Positions 22,757-32,491 of a DNA stretch of 64,000 nt are shown here, piece after piece. A program made the position numbers and the translations under genes. The stretch spans positions 160,001 through 224,000 of the forward strand of contig JAVJQW010000019.1 in the NCBI GenBank assembly GCA_040218735.1, read 5' to 3'. Position 1 is the first letter of the stretch, and each line of letters opens with the position of its first letter. Below the pieces are notes generated by a model, which saw nothing but the letters and a program-made list of their open reading frames with translations, did not search any database and was not told the origin of the DNA. This DNA comes from Deltaproteobacteria bacterium. GTDB taxonomy: Bacteria > Myxococcota > Kuafuiibacteriia > Kuafuiibacteriales > Kuafuiibacteriaceae.

Positions 22757-23694
22757 GGTCGCGAGGAGGGTGGAGGGCATCGACGTGGTATTCATCGACG
22801 CGGACGACGTGGTGGAGGTGAAGCGCACGGACGAGGCGCTGTGTGGAAGGCGCTGGAGAAGACGAGCGGTGAGTACTTCTACAAGTTCGTGCGGCTTCCC
22901 GTGCAAGGCGCGGCGGTCGGACAGAAGCGCGAGGTGACGATGGCGATTCGGTCGGTGGAGACGGTAGCGTTGGATCGTCCGCTTCCTCTGCTCTCGGAGG
23001 AGAGTGTTCGCGTCGAGGTCGCCCCGTGATCGCGCCGGACTGGGAGGCGTTTCGGAGCGCCGTCGCTCAGATTCCTCCGCGCTGGACGGCTCGTCTGGTG
23101 CCCCGGCCTCCTGGCTTCGAGCCTCCTACGCCGGACGCCGTGCGAGCCGGTTTCTCGGGCATCCAAGGAGCCATCCGAGCACTTGGACCTCGCCGCCACA
23201 ATGAACCAGAAGCGCCAGCCGCCGCTCGACCCGGTGGACCTTGGGAGGGGTTCGCGTACCGATGGCCGAACCTCCACGAATTCCGTTGGGAGGACGCTGA
23301 GGCGTTCATAACCGAGCGAAGCGGTCCCGAGGCCTTTGACGCGGACGGCCTCCTCGTCGTCGTCGGCTGGCTCCGTGGGTACCTCGGCCATAGCGCCAAG
23401 GAGATCATCATGGACGTCCCGGCGTGGTTCAACGAGGACCCGACCGGCCTGCGCGAAGTCGCCTTCGAGGAGCTCCAACGCGTCGCCTTCCTCCTCCCCG
23501 ACCGTCACCAGGCCGGCTGCCTCCGCCTCATCCTCGAGGTGGTCGAGATGCGCGCCTTCGACTTCGCGCGCCGCCTCTACCACCACCCCGACGCCGGCCC
23601 CGCGATGAAGGCCGTCGTCCACGAGGTCTTCGAGCCCGACTATGCCGCGAAGCTGATCGCGGACGTGCCGGAGTCCCACGCGCCGTCCCCGTGG
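22469..23694 (+). repeat. 282-bp near-identical direct repeat (22469-22750 and 23413-23694)
   Basis: gacgtcccggcgtggttcaacgaggacccg...gtccccgtgg occurs twice, 944 bp apart, with about a dozen mismatches counted by eye. Confidence 0.95.
22772..23029 (+). pseudogene. Orphan, frameshifted copy of the toxin C-terminal tip
   Basis: Aligns with 21800-22091 (catcgacgtggtattcatcgacgcggacgacgtgg...gaagcgcgagg). Has a 9-bp deletion, a 2-bp TG insertion near 22841 and a further short deletion. Confidence 0.85.
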
Positions 23695-23700
23695 GCGTGA
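23026..23700 (+). CDS. Putative immunity protein 2 (paralog of 22088-22756)
   Basis: GTGA overlap with the orphan tip; C-terminal ~94 aa almost identical to immunity 1, N-terminal part divergent. Confidence 0.6.
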   Translation: MIAPDWEAFRSAVAQIPPRWTARLVPRPPGFEPPTPDAVRAGFSGIQGAIRALGPRRHNEPEAPAAARPGGPWEGFAYRWPNLHEFRWEDAEAFITERSGPEAFDADGLLVVVGWLRGYLGHSAKEIIMDVPAWFNEDPTGLREVAFEELQRVAFLLPDRHQAGCLRLILEVVEMRAFDFARRLYHHPDAGPAMKAVVHEVFEPDYAAKLIADVPESHAPSPWA

Positions 23701-23795
23701 TGCCGCGGAACGCGGACCGGGCGTGGGCGGTGATGCCTGGGTTGAAGTAGGGTGACGGTTGTGCAGATTCGCTGGGCGGAGCACGGTAGGCGCGC

Positions 23796-24497
23796 GTGAT
23801 TGCCTGTCTGGTCGGAGTTCTGGTCAGCGCGCCCGTCGGCATCCTCCCCGTGGAGCTCGAGGGCCTGGAGAGTTTGGATCGTAGCTTCCTCCTCGCGGAG
23901 GTCTCGGAGCACGTCGAACGCATCACGAAGAGCAAGCCGGTCATCGGCGACTTCGCGGCCTCTCCCGCAGAGCTGTCGGCGTCGACGGGCGTCGAGCGCG
24001 TCATCGGCGTATCGATGGTGAAGGGGGCCGCGCTCGTGCGGATCTCGCTGCAGCTCCACGAGCCGTCCGGCGCGCGCCGAGCGCTTCAGTTCGATGGTGT
24101 TGGGGATAGAGAGGTATGGGGCGCCGCGTTGTCCGGGCTCGTGGAGGCGCTCTTGCTCGATCGCGGCCCGGCGGTGGCGACGGCGGTCGTTCAGTCCGCT
24201 CCGGAGCCCCCGCCCAAGTCCACGGCGTTGTGGTGGGGCGGGGTCGCGCTCGGTGCGACGGGACTCGCCGTCGGGACCACGCTGAGGATCATCGCCTCGA
24301 ACAAGGACGGCCGCGCGGAGGAGCTTCGAGAGCAACAGCTCGAAGCGACGTCACGTCCGGAGTGGGAGATGCTCGACGAAGCACGGGAGACCGCTTCGAT
24401 GTCGGGCGCCAGACTCGGAACGGCGTCGAACGTCACGCTGATCATCAGCTCGGCGATCACGGGCGCGGCGCTCGCGGCGTTGGTGTCGGCGTGGTGA
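23796..24497 (+). CDS. Hypothetical exported protein with C-terminal TM hairpin
   Basis: Hydrophobic N-terminus and two C-terminal hydrophobic helices; GTGA overlap with the next gene. Confidence 0.65.
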   Translation: MIACLVGVLVSAPVGILPVELEGLESLDRSFLLAEVSEHVERITKSKPVIGDFAASPAELSASTGVERVIGVSMVKGAALVRISLQLHEPSGARRALQFDGVGDREVWGAALSGLVEALLLDRGPAVATAVVQSAPEPPPKSTALWWGGVALGATGLAVGTTLRIIASNKDGRAEELREQQLEATSRPEWEMLDEARETASMSGARLGTASNVTLIISSAITGAALAALVSAW

Positions 24498-25470
24498 GGC
24501 GCGTCGTCATCGCATGGATGTTCCTCGCCGCGTGCGAAGCACCCTCGTCGAGTCGCCCTTCCGAGAACCGGCGATCTATCGGTGTCCTCGGTTCGAGTGG
24601 AGAACTACGATCGCGGGCCTGGACATGCTCGGCGCCGCCGAGATCCGCGGCCGCCGAGTCGTAGTGGCTACCGATGGATTCTATGCCTACGACCTCGGTG
24701 ACCTCGTCTCGGTGGACGTCGGAATCGCGTTGGCCGAGCCCCTGACCTCGTTCGCGGTATGCGACGACTACTTCTTCGCGGGGTACGAATATGGAGTCGA
24801 GTACCTCCCGCTTACGGACGCCGTGACGGGCGGCAGGATCGATGCAGGTTGGATCGAGATGGCAGCGACGCCGGACTGCGCACTCGTCGGGGGACTCGCC
24901 GGTCAGTTGGAGTGGGTGCGGCTCGGCGACGGTCGCTACGGCGATCGGAACGTCACGGCCCCGTACGGCAACGAGGTCGGAGTGGTCCGGGCCGGCGCGT
25001 ACCTCTACTTCATGTCCACGGACGACGCTGCGGTCCGATGGGACGTGATAGGTGGAGAAGGGCGCACCTTCGGCTTCTGGTCACCGCCCGCGCGACCGAC
25101 GGCGCTGTACGCGGACGAAACGGTGGTGGTGGGCACGGATCTTGGCGACTTCTTGAGTTTCGGTGTCGTCGAGAACGCACCGGACGAAGCCGGTAGCGTC
25201 CGCAAGGGCCAGATCCCTGGCGGTGATCCTGATGCCTACGACGATCCCGGAGTCGTGGACATCGCGGACTACGGGAGCGGCTACGTCTACGTAGCGCCGG
25301 TCGACATCGGCGTGTGGGACGACTCGGAGGTTCCGTGCGCACCCCAAGTCACCTCGGCTGAGCAGCGCGCCGGCGCTGAGATCACCGCCGTCGTGTCGCT
25401 CGACGTGGACCACGTCGCGGTCCACGCGGGAGATGAGGTCCACATCCTCCAAGCGGAGGTCCCGCGATGA
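24494..25470 (+). pseudogene. Beta-rich (propeller-like) lipoprotein with an apparent 1-bp deletion near 24542-24544
   Basis: The signal MRRVVIAWMFLAAC lies in one frame and the body (LVESPFREPAIYRC...) in another; adding one C to the CCC run joins them. Confidence 0.6.
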
Positions 25471-27923
25471 AGTGCTCGGGCGCGCATCTCGGCCTCGTGT
25501 TTTGTCTGATCGTGGGCTGCACGCGCCCGAGCGACGTACCCGATGGTATCAAGTGGGTCGCTGCAATTGCGTTGGATGACGAAGGCGGTGTCGCGGACGG
25601 GAGCGAGCTTGTCTTGGCAGAGGTCGCGGGCCGCGATGTGCTCGACGCCGAGGTCTTGGTCGGCTTCGGAGGCAAACAGCTCGCGCTGGATTCGTCGTCA
25701 CCGGCCGAGCTTCGGATTGAACCTGCCCTAGGGTGCGGCCCCTACTTGCCGAGACCAGAGTGGGTCTCGGGCGGGCGCGACACCATCGACTTCGAAGATG
25801 CCTTCGAGGCGTCCTGGTTCCACTCCCGCTGCGCCGATGCCCCGACGATCGCGGAGCTGCATAGGCGGGACGGGATCTCGGGGGTGGCGATTCAACAAAC
25901 GGGCTGCCGGTTTACGATCACGAGCTCGCAGGGGGCGATCCTGACGACGGGGGCCATGGGGCGGACGGGCTTCGGGTGCTTCGACACCGGATCCTGCGAG
26001 ACGAGCTCAGGAGGTGCTGGTTTTCGGTGCGGAGACGCTTGCTGCGGTCTCGCCGGCTGCCACGCGGAAGAGACTTTCTGCCCCGCGGTGGAGGGGGGAC
26101 GTTGTCGACGTCTCGCGTGGGACTCCGACAACTGCGGCGCGTGTGACGTGGTCTGCGACGCGGGTTGGACGTGCAAGGACGGCGTCTGTCAGGAGCCCCC
26201 CGTCGAGACCCCGCCGGACGGGCGAGCTGTGAAGGTCGTCGTCGGAGAGAATCGAGCCTGCGCGCTGACGGTGGATTCGCGTGTCTTCTGCTGGGAGCCA
26301 GGTCGGAGGCCGCAAGCCGTCGCGGGAGGAATGGATGACCTCTTGCTGCTCGGCAACAGCGACATCCTGTGCGTTCTGGGGGAGGGGCAGGTGCTGTGTG
26401 ACCACGAGGTGCGCGGTCAGCTGTCTTGGATCGCGAGCGGTGCAGAGACGTTCTTCGGCTACTTCTTCAACGAGCTCTGCGTTTATCGAGGGACGGAGAT
26501 CGAGTGCAAGAAGCCTCAAGAGTTTGTGAGCTCCCGAATTGGGGCGCCCCCGGGGCTCACGCTCATTCGCGCCGAGTTCCAGCGATACGTCGGAATCGAT
26601 CAATCCCAACAACTCCATGCATTCCGCAGCAGCGGGAGTGCATGGTCGCTCCCGGGCTATACGGACGTCACGTTCTCGTCGTACGACGAGCTCTGTGCGG
26701 TGGCCGTCGACGGAACCGTGGATTGTTTTGATTTCGAGACCGGCGAAGTCACGCGCACGCTCGATCTGGATTTGACCGGGATTTCGTCTCATGCGGAGGC
26801 AACGTGCGGCTGGGGGAGGACCGGCCTTTGGTGCTGGGGGGACCTGAAGTACGCGCCTCCAGGCTTCGCGGGGGAAGGCCCGCTGCTGATCCCGGAGACC
26901 GAAGGCACGACAGCGAGCAGCTTCAACCGACGAACCGGGTGCATCGTGGATGCGGCCGCCCACGTCAGGTGCTGGGGAGCGGACTCGACGGTCCTGGGAA
27001 ATGACCGGGTGTTCGGGGTGCCGGTTCGTGTCCCGCTTCGGCGTCGCGCAACCCACCTCTTCGCAGAAGTCGAGCGGGTGTGTGCGCGAACAGAGGATCG
27101 CGAAACGGTGTGTTGGGGCAACGGTGTCGGCGTCGAAGCGCTGACCGGACGTGGCGTTGTGGTTGTACCCTCGGGCACGGATTACATTGCCGAGGGATGG
27201 GTGGCTTGCGTCCACTCCGGTTCCACGGCGCTGGAGTGCGTGCTGTTCCGTGGGGAAGGCGTTGAGCGCAACGTGCGGCTCGAGAAGTTCCATCACATCG
27301 ACATCGGAGGAGCCGGGCTCTGTGCTGTAGGCGACGAAGGCAAGGTGTCCGTTTGCCTTCCCTCCGAAACGCAGCTGCAGGGCGTACCAACTCGGGCCCG
27401 CCTCGTCGCAAGCGGCGGCACAGCCTGCGCCCTCGTCGATCGGCGAGTCGTGTGTGGTCAGCCGCGGCAAGAACCGCGGCTGTCGAGCTGGGCTCCGACA
27501 GGGCCTGCGGCGGCGAACGATCTCGCTCTCATGGGCAGTTCGCTTTGCGTCGCCAGCGACAAGGGCCTGTTCTGCGAGCGCGACGGCGTAACGACGCAAC
27601 TCCGGGCGGGCGCGTTTCGATCGGTGACGGCCGGCTTCTACGCGGGGTGTGGGATCGACGCGAGCGATCGCGCGTGGTGTTTCGGCGTCAACGACTACGG
27701 GATGGTCAGGCCTACTCAAACGGGGCGCGGCCTCGATTTTGAGCTCCTCGAACCGCTCGAAGTTCCCCTGGGCCCGGTCGACGCGATTGTCGGTGGCTTC
27801 GAGAACGTCTGTGCGCTGCTCCGCGATGGCTCGGTCTATTGCTGGGGATCGAACAACCAGTGTCAGCTGGGTCGGTGCGATGCCTATCACCAACGCCTAG
27901 CACCCCCCATCGTGCTGGAGTGA
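25467..27923 (+). CDS. RCC1-repeat lipoprotein with Cys-rich module
   Basis: Lipobox CLIVGC; DSDNCGACDVVC...C.DGVC module; many CAL..DG.V.CWG.N..QLG RCC1-type repeats. Confidence 0.85.
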   Translation: MKCSGAHLGLVFCLIVGCTRPSDVPDGIKWVAAIALDDEGGVADGSELVLAEVAGRDVLDAEVLVGFGGKQLALDSSSPAELRIEPALGCGPYLPRPEWVSGGRDTIDFEDAFEASWFHSRCADAPTIAELHRRDGISGVAIQQTGCRFTITSSQGAILTTGAMGRTGFGCFDTGSCETSSGGAGFRCGDACCGLAGCHAEETFCPAVEGGRCRRLAWDSDNCGACDVVCDAGWTCKDGVCQEPPVETPPDGRAVKVVVGENRACALTVDSRVFCWEPGRRPQAVAGGMDDLLLLGNSDILCVLGEGQVLCDHEVRGQLSWIASGAETFFGYFFNELCVYRGTEIECKKPQEFVSSRIGAPPGLTLIRAEFQRYVGIDQSQQLHAFRSSGSAWSLPGYTDVTFSSYDELCAVAVDGTVDCFDFETGEVTRTLDLDLTGISSHAEATCGWGRTGLWCWGDLKYAPPGFAGEGPLLIPETEGTTASSFNRRTGCIVDAAAHVRCWGADSTVLGNDRVFGVPVRVPLRRRATHLFAEVERVCARTEDRETVCWGNGVGVEALTGRGVVVVPSGTDYIAEGWVACVHSGSTALECVLFRGEGVERNVRLEKFHHIDIGGAGLCAVGDEGKVSVCLPSETQLQGVPTRARLVASGGTACALVDRRVVCGQPRQEPRLSSWAPTGPAAANDLALMGSSLCVASDKGLFCERDGVTTQLRAGAFRSVTAGFYAGCGIDASDRAWCFGVNDYGMVRPTQTGRGLDFELLEPLEVPLGPVDAIVGGFENVCALLRDGSVYCWGSNNQCQLGRCDAYHQRLAPPIVLE

Positions 27924-27945
27924 TGGTTGGACGGGCTCGGGTGAG

Positions 27946-29574
27946 ATGACGGTCATCGCCGGAAAGTACATCGCCGAAGAGCGGATCGGCGTGGGCGGGA
28001 TGGCCACCGTGTACCGCGGCCGCCTGCTCGGGGTGCACGGTTTCGAGCGTCCCGTCGCGATCAAGCGCATTCATCCGGGACATGCATCAGACCCGAGCTT
28101 CGTCGCAATGTTCAAGCGAGAAGCGCGAATCGCGGCTCGGCTGAACCACCCGAACATCGTCTCGATCGTCGACTTCGACCGTGCAGAGGACGGTGGCCTC
28201 TTCTTGGTGATGGAGTTCATCGAAGGCGTCGACCTGCGTAGGTTGGTGAAGGCGGGGCCAGTCCCGGTCGCGTGTGCGTTGTTCGTTGTCGCGAAAGTAC
28301 TTGGCGCTCTCGCTCACGCGCATTCGGTCGGTGTGGAAGGGGCCGTCGATCGCGTTGTCCACCGCGATGTTACGCCGCACAACATACTCATTTCGCGCGA
28401 GGGTGATGTGAAGCTCTCCGACTTCGGGATCGCGCGGGCGATGTCGGAGAGTCCGCTCACCAAGACTGGCGTAGTCAAAGGCAAGATGGGTTACCTGAGC
28501 CCGGAGCAGGCTAGAGGCGAGCCCCTCGACGCGCGCTCGGATCTCTTCTCGTTGGGGGTCATCTTGCACGAGCTGGTCGCGGGTGATCGGCTGTTCCGCG
28601 TAGCGTCCGGAGCCGCTGGACTCCTCGAGGTCCAGCGCAAGCTCGCGGATGGGATCCCGTCATTGGGTTCCGCCAGCGTAGACGTGTCCGCGGAGCTCAT
28701 CGAAGTGTCCGACCGCCTGCTCGCGATTGATCGCTCCGCCCGTTTTCGGTCCGGTGAGGAGGCGCTGGATGCGCTCCTATCTTGCCCGGAGGTCAGCAAC
28801 CGGGGGCGCGAGGACCTCGCAGAACATCTGTGTGAGATGTTCGACGGCACCGTAGCGCTTGCGCTCGATCCGGCAGCGCAGACAGAAACGGAGGACGCGG
28901 AAGCCGATGCCTCGGTCCTTGGGTTGACCGAGCCGACGACACGCGTCATGGCGAGCGCTGTCTCAGGAGATCGTCGCGTCGAGCATGTGGCGCCGCCGCC
29001 GCGAGCAAGGTGGTTCAGCAAGATCGGATGGATTCTATCGGTGGGCGGCGCGACCTTGGGTCTCGTCCTCCTGGCGGACAGGCTGCGCACCGAAGAGGCG
29101 GCCGTAGTTCCGACGGCGCATGAGGAGCGAGAACCACCAGCGCGGGTGCAGCCGATTGTGGAGCCGCGCGCGACAACCAAATCCGATCAAGATGTCAGGA
29201 AGGTGGCGCAGCCACGGACGAGCGTTCGACCGAGCGGCGTCCGGCGTTTCGGTGACGCCCGACGAACCCGCCAAAGCGTCGTTGACGCCCCCACAACCAC
29301 GAGCCCGAAACCTCCAACGGCAGAGCCGACCCAAGTCTCGCCCGACGTGCTGGAGGCACGTATCGACGCTGTAGGGCGGCGCCTGAGGGCGGGTCTGGAT
29401 GTGGATCGGAGTCGAGCCGCGATACTAGATCAGCAGTACTTCGATCTTCGCGCGGCAGCGCGGGGCGCCCGACGCACGGGGGATTGGAGCCAGGTCGAGC
29501 TTCGACTTCGGCGAGTCGAGAGAGAAGTTGCTACGAAGGCGAGGGCCGCAGGAAGTAGCGATGCCTCTCCGTGA
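27946..29574 (+). CDS. Membrane Ser/Thr protein kinase (close paralog of 17631-19043)
   Basis: GVGGMA, GFERPVAIKRI, HRDVTPHN, DFG, YLSPEQAR; TM helix then extracytoplasmic helical tail. Confidence 0.93.
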   Translation: MTVIAGKYIAEERIGVGGMATVYRGRLLGVHGFERPVAIKRIHPGHASDPSFVAMFKREARIAARLNHPNIVSIVDFDRAEDGGLFLVMEFIEGVDLRRLVKAGPVPVACALFVVAKVLGALAHAHSVGVEGAVDRVVHRDVTPHNILISREGDVKLSDFGIARAMSESPLTKTGVVKGKMGYLSPEQARGEPLDARSDLFSLGVILHELVAGDRLFRVASGAAGLLEVQRKLADGIPSLGSASVDVSAELIEVSDRLLAIDRSARFRSGEEALDALLSCPEVSNRGREDLAEHLCEMFDGTVALALDPAAQTETEDAEADASVLGLTEPTTRVMASAVSGDRRVEHVAPPPRARWFSKIGWILSVGGATLGLVLLADRLRTEEAAVVPTAHEEREPPARVQPIVEPRATTKSDQDVRKVAQPRTSVRPSGVRRFGDARRTRQSVVDAPTTTSPKPPTAEPTQVSPDVLEARIDAVGRRLRAGLDVDRSRAAILDQQYFDLRAAARGARRTGDWSQVELRLRRVEREVATKARAAGSSDASP

Positions 29575-29615
29575 TAGCGTTGGCGTGATTGCTCCAACTT
29601 GCGCGGCGGTGAGGT

Positions 29616-30965
29616 ATGACAAGAGTCGTGTCCAACATGGTCGATCGAGAGGTCGTTCTCGGATTGGCTGCCTGCTGGGTCGCCTGGACGGCTTGTGCCT
29701 GCGCTGAGGCCGAGCTGAAGTTCCCCCCCGAGTCCGGAATCCTCGCTGTCTCGCGATCAGGTGGGCCGCCGGAGCTCACCGTCGTTCGAGATGATGAACC
29801 TCGGTGTGGTGACCAAACTGCGCAGGTAGAGATCAACGCCCGGACTGACGTGGCGTGGTTTGTCACGCCTGAGGACGCCGTCGCCGCCGAGTCCATCGCG
29901 GAGAGCTGCTCCGAGGGTGTCGTGGATTGTGACTCCGAGCGAGATCCTTGCTTCCCGTTGGTCTTCGAAGAGGCGTACGCGTTCGACGCGGGGTCTTGGC
30001 CCACCAGTGACGAGCCTCCAGATATTCGCGTGCCGACGGCGTGTGGAACATCGTTCAGAGTGGAGCGAACGGTCGAGCTGGGTCTCGATTCTCCGCCCTT
30101 CGCGATCTCACGATCGGGCGTCATCTACGCGAGCTCGGGGGCTGACGTCTTTCGGTGGGATCCCCCGGACTATGAGCGATCGGGGCCCAGGCGGGTTTCG
30201 AACGCGACGGAGTTGACGGCGTTGAGTGTCGATGATGATGACCGCTTGTGGGCCCTGAGCGAATCCGCGCTCTACCGGCAGAGCGGTGACGGCATCTTCG
30301 ACGCGGCGGCATTCACAGTCGCCGAGTTCGATGACGTTACGACCGCCACAGCCTCTGGAATCGACGTCTCAGCGGCCTTCACGTTAGGTGCTGGACGCCA
30401 ACTTGGTGTGTCGAGCGGCTATATCGTTGTAGGCACGGAGCGAGCGATCGCCTTTCGCGTGCCCGCGACCCCGGACGTTGATCCAGAGTTCAACCCTCCG
30501 TATCGAATCCGTCGCATTCCGAACGGGGTGGGTGTTGCCGGGAGGGATAGGGTTTGGACGGTGGTCGACGGGGAACAGCCCGTTAGCGCTGTAGGACTCG
30601 CGGCAGGAGCACAAGGTCGTCGATTCGTAGCCCGTAGCGGCGCAACGGTGGTTGGCGGCCATGAGCGCGGCTACAGATATCGGGAGGCGGCGGGCGGCTT
30701 TTCAGAGCTAGTTTCGGTCGACCTCGACGGGCTGGTTGAGGTTGAGATCGGCGAGGACAGTTCTTTCATTGCGACTTCGAAGCTCGATGACTCGCTCTTG
30801 ATACGCAGAGCCGGCCGCACAGGAACGACCTGCGTCACGAGGCTCCCTCTCGTTTGTGATGAACTTGATGTCGAATCGACGTTGGACCGGCTGGTCGTCT
30901 CCTGTCATGGAGGCGGCGGGATGTCGGTAGTGCTGGTCGATCGAGTTGAAGCGTCAGGTACGTGA
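29616..30965 (+). CDS. Hypothetical exported (lipo)protein, beta-rich
   Basis: Hydrophobic N-terminus with Cys; long ORF directly after the kinase. Confidence 0.6.
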   Translation: MTRVVSNMVDREVVLGLAACWVAWTACACAEAELKFPPESGILAVSRSGGPPELTVVRDDEPRCGDQTAQVEINARTDVAWFVTPEDAVAAESIAESCSEGVVDCDSERDPCFPLVFEEAYAFDAGSWPTSDEPPDIRVPTACGTSFRVERTVELGLDSPPFAISRSGVIYASSGADVFRWDPPDYERSGPRRVSNATELTALSVDDDDRLWALSESALYRQSGDGIFDAAAFTVAEFDDVTTATASGIDVSAAFTLGAGRQLGVSSGYIVVGTERAIAFRVPATPDVDPEFNPPYRIRRIPNGVGVAGRDRVWTVVDGEQPVSAVGLAAGAQGRRFVARSGATVVGGHERGYRYREAAGGFSELVSVDLDGLVEVEIGEDSSFIATSKLDDSLLIRRAGRTGTTCVTRLPLVCDELDVESTLDRLVVSCHGGGGMSVVLVDRVEASGT

Positions 30966-30975
30966 TTCGATTCGA

Positions 30976-32274
30976 CTACTCTCCCCGCAACTGGAATTCG
31001 AACGACCGAACTTCCTCCGCGATGGTTCCGCAGCCGTCGTGCGTCACACGAAGCTGGAAGGTGTAGCGGCCGAAGACGGTGATTCCATGCTCCACCTCAA
31101 AGCTCACTGCAGTTTCGGTGGTGGAGCCGAGGTCAACGGCGCGGAACTCAGGAGCAGCGTCCCCAGAGTTGAAAATGGCATACTCGACTGCCAGCGGTCT
31201 ATCGAAGACCGTTCCAACTTCGACGCGGAACGAAGAAGTTTCGCCTGGCAGCGCCGTGTAATCGCCTCGATCGGTACCGCTAGGTATGTTGACCTGGAGC
31301 TGCGCGCACGCTGGCCGGAACATCGCCGTGCAGCTTAGGTCTTGTTTGATCTCCTTCGATCCCGATTGTGCAAGGGCATCGCAGGCGTTGTCCGCCCAGC
31401 CTGTGAAGATGAAGTCGTCGTTTGTTTCGACCTCCAAGTGCAGGTCTGTTTGCTGCTCCGTCATCACCTGACAGACGTCCTCGGACGAGGTGCAGTTGAT
31501 AGACGTACCGTCGATCGTCGCTCCAACGGACGTGACCCGACCGGGATTCAGCGACCCGTCCGAGGATCGCATCTGAACGCTCACCTGTACCGGGGAGGGG
31601 AGGAACTCCGCCTTGCAGTCGAGCTGGTCCCCACGGCCGAGAGTGAGCATGAACTCCGGAGCATTGACGTCGATCCCTGCCACACCGACACAGGAGCCGC
31701 TCCAACCTAGGAATGCGTCGTGGTCGGTGACGGTAACCCTCGGCGTGTCACCGACGTTGAAGTCCACGGTCGATCGCCCTTCCCGAAACTCCTGCTCGTC
31801 GATCATCACCGAGCCGCGCCCCACGACTTCGAGTGCGAGGGTTGGAGTTACTCCTCGAATCGCCAAGGTCAGGGTTCCCTGCGTTACGGGATCGCCGCTC
31901 GGGCGAAAGACATCTCCCTCCCATCGACCGGGTTCGCCGGCGAACCTCATCTCCTTGACGCTCGTCATCGCGGTAAACGTTTGGGTGTAAGGACCGTCTC
32001 CGAGCGATGCGCGGAACGCAGTTGCGCTCGGCGGCTCGACGAACTGTGTATCGCCCTTGAGCCGGCCGAGGAGCGTGAACTCGTACGTCTCGCCTTCGTC
32101 GAGCTCCACGCGCGGCTCAGCGCCAGGGAACACGAGTTCGACCTCAGGCGTGTTGGAGCCCTGCTTCGTAACGATGAGCTTCAGCTCGACCTCAGAGGGG
32201 CCGCAGCCAGGCAGGTAGGCGAGAAGGGCCGAGCAGGCTATGAGGAACCGAGCTTTGTGCCACGAACGTTGCAT
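30976..32274 (-). CDS. Lipoprotein with divergent InlB B-repeat-like domains
   Basis: LPGC lipobox; two F.GW...C motifs (FLGWSGSC, FTGWADNAC), each followed by C.A.F.P. Confidence 0.7.
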   Translation of the reverse strand: MQRSWHKARFLIACSALLAYLPGCGPSEVELKLIVTKQGSNTPEVELVFPGAEPRVELDEGETYEFTLLGRLKGDTQFVEPPSATAFRASLGDGPYTQTFTAMTSVKEMRFAGEPGRWEGDVFRPSGDPVTQGTLTLAIRGVTPTLALEVVGRGSVMIDEQEFREGRSTVDFNVGDTPRVTVTDHDAFLGWSGSCVGVAGIDVNAPEFMLTLGRGDQLDCKAEFLPSPVQVSVQMRSSDGSLNPGRVTSVGATIDGTSINCTSSEDVCQVMTEQQTDLHLEVETNDDFIFTGWADNACDALAQSGSKEIKQDLSCTAMFRPACAQLQVNIPSGTDRGDYTALPGETSSFRVEVGTVFDRPLAVEYAIFNSGDAAPEFRAVDLGSTTETAVSFEVEHGITVFGRYTFQLRVTHDGCGTIAEEVRSFEFQLRGE

Positions 32275-32354
32275 CGTCTAACCTCCGCTTTCGCGAGATG
32301 CCGCGCCGCTGCACTCGAAGGGGCAGAGACGGGGCAGGTAACTGCAACGTCTTG

Positions 32355-32371
32355 AGCAAGCTCCGATCCAG
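32355..32371 (-). promoter_or_regulatory. Putative sigma54 promoter
   Basis: CTGGATCGGAGCTTGCT (GG-N10-GC, with TTGCT) about 80 bp upstream of the ATG at 32274. Confidence 0.4.
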
Positions 32372-32491
32372 GCGCCAAGGGTCCGGAGATCCGGCCGAGG
32401 GGCCTGTAACGTGCTGCTTCTCTACGTCGCAGCCGTAACCAGCTCCAATGATACAGGGGGGGCGCCCGGATTCAAGATTCGGGCAGGGACA

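Noticed and set aside
21800-23700. Diversity-generating retroelement template/variable repeat pair
   Set aside because: No reverse transcriptase in the window and mismatches are not adenine-specific.
32464-32484. Hairpin after the 32492-32974 gene as an intrinsic terminator
   Set aside because: Imperfect stem with no U-tract on the minus strand.
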